DNA from: Clostridiales bacterium
Lineage (GTDB): Bacteria > Bacillota > Clostridia > Saccharofermentanales > Saccharofermentanaceae
Length of the DNA stretch: 64,000 nucleotides
Assembly (NCBI GenBank): GCA_017545245.1
Contig: JAFWPB010000060.1
Coordinates: 1,182-65,181 of the forward strand
Reading direction: 5' to 3'
Shown here: one piece after another, positions 58,341-64,000 of the stretch
Position numbering within the stretch: the stretch's first letter is position 1
Layout of the letters: each line of letters begins with the position of its first letter
Notes under the pieces: generated by a model
Told to the model about the DNA's origin: nothing
Databases searched by the model: none
What the model saw: only the letters and a program-made list of their open reading frames with translations
Program-made: the position numbers and the translations under genes

Positions 58341-60232
58341 GTGGCAGTATGGAAGAGAAGAAGATCTTAGATTCTATAAAACTGCCCCAGGATGTTGCAA
58401 AACTGAGTTTTGACGAGGCAAAACAACTTGCGGCGGAACTCCGTGAGGTGATCGTTGACCGCGTTTCCCAGAACGGTGGTCATCTTGCTTCGAGCCTTGG
58501 AGTTGTTGAATTGACGATCGCACTTCTTTCCGAGTTTGATCTTCCGCATGACCAGATTGTCTGGGATGTTGGTCATCAGGCTTATGCATATAAAATCCTT
58601 ACCGGACGTAAGGACCGGTTTGATACACTTCGTAAATATGGCGGTGTTTCCGGTTTTCCGAAACAGAGCGAAAGTGAGTATGATGTATTTGGAGTGGGAC
58701 ACAGCAGTACATCTGTTTCCGCAGCACTCGGACTTCTCCGGGCAAAGAAACTGAAAGGCGATGACGGCCATGTTGTCGCGGTTATCGGTGATGGCGCAAT
58801 GACTGGCGGCATGGCTTTTGAAGGCCTGAATGATACTGGACACTTCAGTGAAAATCTTACTGTTATCCTTAACGACAATCAGATGTCGATCGACAAGAAT
58901 GTCGGTGGCCTATCCCGTGCTCTTGCAGAACTCCGTTCTTCCAAAGAATACATTAAAGTGAAGAGCCGTGTAGAGCGTTTCCTGCTTGCGATTCCGCTGA
59001 TTGGTCGTCCGATTGCCCGTTTTATCCGCATGGTAAAAACCTGGTTCCGACTCTTTATCCGCCGTAATGCCCCAGTTATCTTTGAAGATCTGGGATTCCA
59101 GTACTTCGGACCTTTTGACGGTCATAATATTGCACTTCTGAAGAAAAAACTGGAGATTTCAAAAGAAATCAACGGTCCTGTTCTGATCCATATTGTGACG
59201 AAAAAAGGTAAAGGCTATCCTTTGGCAGAAGAGAATCCTTCTGCTTACCACGGCGTTTCGCCATTTGATAAGACAAAAGGTGTGGTTCCGTCGGACAAGG
59301 AGACTTTTACCAAGTGCTTTTCCAAATCTATCGTGCGTGTCGGTCAGAAGTATCAGGATGTCGTGGCAATCTGTGCGGCCATGATGACCAGTACCGGTCT
59401 TGCTGAATTCCGTAAGCACATGAAACTCCGCTTCTTCGATGTCGGTATTGCAGAAGAACACGCGGTGACAATGGCGGCCGGCATGGCAACCAATGGCTTT
59501 GTCCCGGTTGTGGCTCTCTATTCCACATTTGCCCAGCGTGCCTATGACCAGCTGCTTCACGATGTCTGCCTGCAGAATCTCCATGTTGTATTGGCTTTGG
59601 ACCGGGCAGGTATCGTTGGTGCAGACGGTATGACACATCAAGGGATCTACGATATTTCAATGATGCTTTCGATGCCGAATGTTACGCTGCTTTCGCCTTG
59701 CAACTTCTCGGAATTGGACCGTATGCTCGAGTATGCTGTTTCTGATGCAAAAGGACTTGTGGCCGTTCGTTATCCGCGTGGCGGGCAGGGAGACAGGCTG
59801 AGTGCCATTCCTTCTTCAGAGGGAATCGGACCTCGTGTCATCCGTGAAGGAGAAAAAATTGCGATCCTTGCGCTTGGTGTCATGTGCGAGCAGGCCCTTG
59901 AAGCAGCGGATATCCTTTCTGAAAAAGGAATATCAGTGAAAGTGATCGATGTGCGTTGTGTGAAACCTTTGAATATGAATGACTGGCGTGATCTTTTACA
60001 GGACATTTCTTCGATTGTTACGATCGAAGATGGAATTGTTCACGCCGGCTTTGGCAAATATCTCCTTTCCAACATGGAAGATGCGGGTATGATGAAAGAT
60101 ATCTGCCATTTCGTAACTTTGGGTGTTTCCGACAAGCCGCTCGTGGCGGGTGACAGAAATACATTACTTGAAAATGAACATATGGATGCGAAATCAATTG
60201 TTAACTCTGTTCTCTCGATTGTTCAAAAATAG
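58337..60232 (+). CDS. dxs: 1-deoxy-D-xylulose-5-phosphate synthase
   Basis: 631 aa. GGHLASSLGVVELT, WDVGHQAYAYKILTGR, GDGAMTGGMAFEGLN (ThDP motif), DVGIAEEHAVT. Confidence 0.95.
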   Translation: MSGSMEEKKILDSIKLPQDVAKLSFDEAKQLAAELREVIVDRVSQNGGHLASSLGVVELTIALLSEFDLPHDQIVWDVGHQAYAYKILTGRKDRFDTLRKYGGVSGFPKQSESEYDVFGVGHSSTSVSAALGLLRAKKLKGDDGHVVAVIGDGAMTGGMAFEGLNDTGHFSENLTVILNDNQMSIDKNVGGLSRALAELRSSKEYIKVKSRVERFLLAIPLIGRPIARFIRMVKTWFRLFIRRNAPVIFEDLGFQYFGPFDGHNIALLKKKLEISKEINGPVLIHIVTKKGKGYPLAEENPSAYHGVSPFDKTKGVVPSDKETFTKCFSKSIVRVGQKYQDVVAICAAMMTSTGLAEFRKHMKLRFFDVGIAEEHAVTMAAGMATNGFVPVVALYSTFAQRAYDQLLHDVCLQNLHVVLALDRAGIVGADGMTHQGIYDISMMLSMPNVTLLSPCNFSELDRMLEYAVSDAKGLVAVRYPRGGQGDRLSAIPSSEGIGPRVIREGEKIAILALGVMCEQALEAADILSEKGISVKVIDVRCVKPLNMNDWRDLLQDISSIVTIEDGIVHAGFGKYLLSNMEDAGMMKDICHFVTLGVSDKPLVAGDRNTLLENEHMDAKSIVNSVLSIVQK

Positions 60233-60303
60233 TGCTTATATAGTAATGCATAATTACAAAATAATCTGTATAATTAACTCGAACATAAAGGAGGCTTTGC
60301 ATC

Positions 60304-61182
60304 ATGAGGTTTGGTATTGTTGTAAATGAAGATAAAGACCCGGGTTATGCTTTTTCCAAGCATGCTGTGGAGGTCTTGAATTCCCGCGGATGTGAAGTCG
60401 TGTTCGATCCTTATTATACAGATAATCCTGAAATTGTCGGGATTCCCGGCATCCAGATTGATGACTATTCTACTTGTGATGTTTTGTTTTCCATGGGCGG
60501 TGACGGTACTTTTCTTCGTACAGTACATAAGTTTGTGAAGGGGAGTCTTCCGATCATTGGCGTGAATCTGGGAAGTATCGGCTTTCTGACAGAGATTCAT
60601 AAAGAGGATTTTGAAGATGCCGTTGATCGCCTCATTGCAGGAAAGTATACTTTGGAGAACAGAACCCAGATTGACGTAACGCTTTGTTCTGAAGACGGAA
60701 CCGTGAAAGAGCATGGACTGTGTCTGAATGATGCGGTAATTGCTCGTGGTGCGAACCTGCATGTAGTGAATCTTGATCTTCTGATCGATCACGATTATGT
60801 AGAACGTCTGTCCGGCGATGGAGTGATCCTTTCGACTGCAATGGGATCGACAGCTTACTGCCTGGCAGCCGGTGGTCCGATCGTCAAGCCGGAAATGGAT
60901 ATTTTCATGGTAACCCCGATCTGCCCGCACACATTGCATAATCGAAGCTATGTGGTCTCCGGCGACAGTACAGTAGAGATCATTATCGGCCGTTTCTCCG
61001 AACCGCCGATCCTTTCATTGGATGGAAGACCCAATATTACTCTTGACCATCATGACCGGATAATCTTGAAAAAGTCCGAAACTCCGGTAGTTGTTGCAAA
61101 AATCGGATATAAGAATTTTTATCAGACAGTCAGACAGAAGATACGTGCTAGAGGTAGTTTCTATGAAGATGGCGAAAAATGA
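60304..61182 (+). CDS. nadK: NAD kinase
   Basis: 292 aa. LFSMGGDGTFL, GVNLGSIGFLT, STAMGSTAYCLAAGGP. Confidence 0.9.
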   Translation: MRFGIVVNEDKDPGYAFSKHAVEVLNSRGCEVVFDPYYTDNPEIVGIPGIQIDDYSTCDVLFSMGGDGTFLRTVHKFVKGSLPIIGVNLGSIGFLTEIHKEDFEDAVDRLIAGKYTLENRTQIDVTLCSEDGTVKEHGLCLNDAVIARGANLHVVNLDLLIDHDYVERLSGDGVILSTAMGSTAYCLAAGGPIVKPEMDIFMVTPICPHTLHNRSYVVSGDSTVEIIIGRFSEPPILSLDGRPNITLDHHDRIILKKSETPVVVAKIGYKNFYQTVRQKIRARGSFYEDGEK

Positions 61183-61639
61183 ACGACAAGAAGCAATGTT
61201 GAAACTGGTGAGAGCTAAGGATATCAGTACACAGGAGGAACTTGCCCGTGAACTGGAAAATGCTGGCTGGCAGGTGACGCAGGCAACCGTTTCCCGAGAT
61301 ATCAAAGATCTGGGGATCATCAAGGTGACGCTTCCTTCTGGCGGGACGAAATACAGTGTCCTGGACCGTACCGGCGACGTGGCACCCGGAAGACTGCTTT
61401 CCGTATTTGCCCACTCCGTGATTTCAAGTGATGTTGCCATGAATATGGTCGTGATCCGTACTCTTCCGGGAATGGCCAATGCAGCTGCTTCAGCGCTCGA
61501 TTCGATTCATCTCAACGGTGTAGTCGGTTCGATTGCCGGTGACGATACGATCTTTGTAGCGACTCCGAGTTGTGAAGATGCTTTGGCGATCCAGTCGACG
61601 ATCAAAGACATGAACAGCCGCATGAATACTGACTATTAA
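61163..61639 (+). CDS. argR: Arginine repressor
   Basis: ATG 61163 overlaps the nadK 3' end. RQEAMLKLVRAKDISTQEELARELENAGWQVTQATVSRDIKDLG winged-helix, C-terminal GSIAGDDTIFV. Confidence 0.9.
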   Translation: MKMAKNERQEAMLKLVRAKDISTQEELARELENAGWQVTQATVSRDIKDLGIIKVTLPSGGTKYSVLDRTGDVAPGRLLSVFAHSVISSDVAMNMVVIRTLPGMANAAASALDSIHLNGVVGSIAGDDTIFVATPSCEDALAIQSTIKDMNSRMNTDY

Positions 61640-61650
61640 GCGAGGAACAC

Positions 61651-63324
61651 GTGCTAATTTCTCTGACTATACAAGACTTTGCCATAGTGGAATATGCCAC
61701 TTTTTCTCCGGGAAAAGGACTGAATATCCTGACTGGTGAAACAGGTGCAGGTAAATCCTTGATCATCGATGCGATCGGAGCCCTTCTTGGCCATCGTATC
61801 GGTCGCGACTATGTGCGAAAAGACTGCGAGAAGGCCGTAATAGAAGCGGTCTTTGATGGGATTTCTGATTTGATTCCGAAGTCGGTCTTAGATGAATATG
61901 GCGTTGAGATTGAAGAAGATACGTTGATACTTCTTCGTGAGATCAGTAAGGATGGACGCAGTATCGTTCGTATTAACGGCCGGACCATGCCAGTATCCGT
62001 TTTGAAAACACTGGGGACTTATTTTGTTGATATTCATGGCCAGCATGATCAGCAGACGATCTTCGATCAGACGAAGCATCTTGGGATCCTGGATGATTAT
62101 CTTGGTGAAAAGTTTCTTCCGAGCCTTTCAGCTTTCCAGGCAAAACTGGAAGAGTATCGTTCGATTCTCCTGGAGAGAAAGAAATATGAGACGGATCCCG
62201 AAAAGAGCCGTCAAATGCAGGAACTTCTCAAGTATCAGATAAAAGAGATCGAAGAAGGCGGTTTCCAGGAACAGGAAGAAGAAGAACTGGAAGAAAAACT
62301 AAAGATCCTGAAAGTGGCCGAGAAGAGAAATCTTCATCTGTCCTATGTCTTGGGCGCGCTTTCAAGCGAGGACTCTCAGTCTCCGTTAAGCGAACTGAAG
62401 AATGCTTCGGAGCACCTTGATGCATTGGTTGCTATTGATGAGACTTTTTCTGAGTATTCGGAACAGCTTCGCTCGATCTGTATGGATCTCGATGCGATGC
62501 GTGCCGATCTTTCTGAAGATGAACTTGTTTTGAATGAATCATACGATGAAGTGGAGGCTCGGCTTGAGAAACTTCGTGCCTGCACCGCGAAGTATGGCGG
62601 AACATATGCCTCTATGCAGGCATTTTTGACCGATGCGAAATCTCGGCTGGAACTCTTGAGTGAAGGAGATTCTCGTCTGAAAGAATTGAATGCTGTCCGT
62701 CTTCGTCTGGAAAAAGAACTGGTTTCTTTGGCAGACGATCTTCATGCGTTGCGTGTGGAGGCAGGGACAAAGCTTGCTTCAGAAATCGTTGAACAGATCT
62801 GTTTCCTTGGCATTCCCAATGCTGGCTTTGAAGTCCGGTTCACGAAACGTCCGAAAGAGCGCTTTTTCTCGAAGACGGGATATGATGAAGTCGAATTCCT
62901 TTTCAGTGCGAACAAGGGCGAAGACCTGAAACCTCTTTCTAAAACTGCATCCGGTGGTGAGGCTTCTCGTATCATGCTGGCCATTAAGACAATCCTGGCA
63001 AGGGCGGATGCGACGCCGGTTCTTATCTTCGATGAAGTCGATTCCGGCATTTCCGGCGAAGCGGCTAAGGCTGTCTCGGTTTCCATGAAAGAGCTTTCGA
63101 AGTTCCATCAAGTATTCTGCGTGACTCATATGGGACAGATCGCTGCTGCGGCTGACCAGCATTTCTTTATTTCGAAGGATCAGAGCGGGGAGAGAACAAA
63201 GACGAATATCACTGAGCTCGGGGATTCCGGACGTATCATGGAAGTCGCCAGACTTCTGTCCGGAGATTCTTCCGACGAACAATCCCAACGCCTGGCAAAG
63301 AACCTCATAGAGGAGAGAAGATAG
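61651..63324 (+). CDS. recN: DNA repair protein RecN
   Basis: 557 aa, GTG start. LTGETGAGKSLIIDA Walker A, long coiled-coil, ASGGEASRIMLAIK signature, LIFDEVDSGISG Walker B. Confidence 0.95.
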   Translation: MLISLTIQDFAIVEYATFSPGKGLNILTGETGAGKSLIIDAIGALLGHRIGRDYVRKDCEKAVIEAVFDGISDLIPKSVLDEYGVEIEEDTLILLREISKDGRSIVRINGRTMPVSVLKTLGTYFVDIHGQHDQQTIFDQTKHLGILDDYLGEKFLPSLSAFQAKLEEYRSILLERKKYETDPEKSRQMQELLKYQIKEIEEGGFQEQEEEELEEKLKILKVAEKRNLHLSYVLGALSSEDSQSPLSELKNASEHLDALVAIDETFSEYSEQLRSICMDLDAMRADLSEDELVLNESYDEVEARLEKLRACTAKYGGTYASMQAFLTDAKSRLELLSEGDSRLKELNAVRLRLEKELVSLADDLHALRVEAGTKLASEIVEQICFLGIPNAGFEVRFTKRPKERFFSKTGYDEVEFLFSANKGEDLKPLSKTASGGEASRIMLAIKTILARADATPVLIFDEVDSGISGEAAKAVSVSMKELSKFHQVFCVTHMGQIAAAADQHFFISKDQSGERTKTNITELGDSGRIMEVARLLSGDSSDEQSQRLAKNLIEERR

Positions 63325-63326
63325 CG

Positions 63327-63347
63327 GAATAACTGAGTTATTCTTTT
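63327..63347. terminator. Short bidirectional hairpin between convergent recN and the pseudouridine synthase gene
   Basis: GAATAAC (63327-63333) / GTTATTC (63337-63343), 3-nt loop, followed by TTTT. Confidence 0.4.
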
Positions 63348-63348
63348 C

Positions 63349-64000
63349 TCATACAATTAAGTTCTTCATATCTTCCGGCATCTCTGAGGCGAATTCCATC
63401 CATTCGTTCGTGATCGGGTGATAGAAGCCGAGTTTGCAGGCATGGAGCGCCTGACGGGATATCTTATCCTCATTTTCTATGTGCGGCATATCCGGATCTG
63501 GAAAGTCGTTAGATCTCGGACCATACAGACCGTCGCCAACAAGAGGATGACCAAGATGCCGTGAGTGCACCCGGATCTGGTGGCATCGTCCGGTCTCAAG
63601 TTTATATGACACAACGGACAGATTTTTGTCAGGTAGTGTTTGGACTGTCTTATAATGTGTGACCGACGGGTGTCCATCTTCACGCACGATGCGGATCATA
63701 ATCGAATTCTCGTCTCTGCCGATAGGAAGATCGATCGTGCCTTCTTCCGGTTCAAAAGTGCCGTAGACGATACCGACATATTCTTTTTCCATCTTGTTCT
63801 TTGAAACGGTATTGTGTGCATATCCGTTCTTGGCGATAACGATCAGGCCGGAAGTCTCACGGTCGAGCCTCATGATCGGATGGAGTCTCTGGTCGCAGAG
63901 CCGCTGGATCAAGGAGTCGTCCATATGCTGCCAGGAAGGGTGGGTTACCAGATTTCCAGGCTTTTCGCATACGATGATCCATTCATCTTCAAAGTAGATC
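63349..64000 (-). CDS. RluA/RluD-family pseudouridine synthase (5' end beyond the window)
   Basis: The reverse frame stays open to the window edge (IYFEDEWIIVCEKPGNLVTHPS... upstream of the ORF-track Met). HRLDRETSGLIV catalytic Asp motif, YVGIVYG, RCHQIRVH. Confidence 0.85.
   Translation of the reverse strand, partial: IYFEDEWIIVCEKPGNLVTHPSWQHMDDSLIQRLCDQRLHPIMRLDRETSGLIVIAKNGYAHNTVSKNKMEKEYVGIVYGTFEPEEGTIDLPIGRDENSIMIRIVREDGHPSVTHYKTVQTLPDKNLSVVSYKLETGRCHQIRVHSRHLGHPLVGDGLYGPRSNDFPDPDMPHIENEDKISRQALHACKLGFYHPITNEWMEFASEMPEDMKNLIV

Overview
This is a 64-kb chromosomal stretch from a Firmicute. Gene content and synteny look most like Clostridia/Lachnospiraceae; that is my inference from protein motifs and gene order, with no database search possible. 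I can support about 58 protein-coding genes, 2 tRNAs (Pro-CGG, Lys-CUU), RNase P RNA, one threonine-specific T-box leader, and several sigma-A-type promoters and intrinsic terminators. Most of the window is core housekeeping in recognisable blocks: T-box-thrS; folA; polA-coaE; ychF; comM-dprA-topA-trmFO; queA-tgt; dapA-dapB; yajC; dnaG-trmK-nif3-rnpB; metY; lysC; efp; asp23-amaP-DUF2273-nusB-xseA-xseB-ispA-dxs-nadK-argR-recN. I saw no transposase, integrase, phage gene, CRISPR array or recognisable defence gene. The accessory or poorly understood content is: (i) A tightly coupled five-gene operon at 29.5-36.4 kb, the best candidate here for an undescribed signalling system. It encodes a Zn-ribbon/FHA protein, a membrane PP2C, an extracytoplasmic trypsin-like protease joined through a TM helix to a cytoplasmic FHA domain, a second PP2C, and a Zn-ribbon Hanks kinase with a non-PASTA ectodomain. 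(ii) A 1465-aa double-activase/DUF2229 fusion of the BCR/HAD family (possibly a PlsAR-type enzyme), translationally coupled to an unknown Lys-tailed protein. (iii) A lipoprotein CBM-GH10-CBM xylanase and a DUF4867-like gene that share an identical 19-nt cre-like palindromic element upstream. (iv) An AT-richer secreted protein with LRR, DUF4214 and CHAP-like modules. (v) A truncated FtsX-like gene fragment next to tRNA-Pro.
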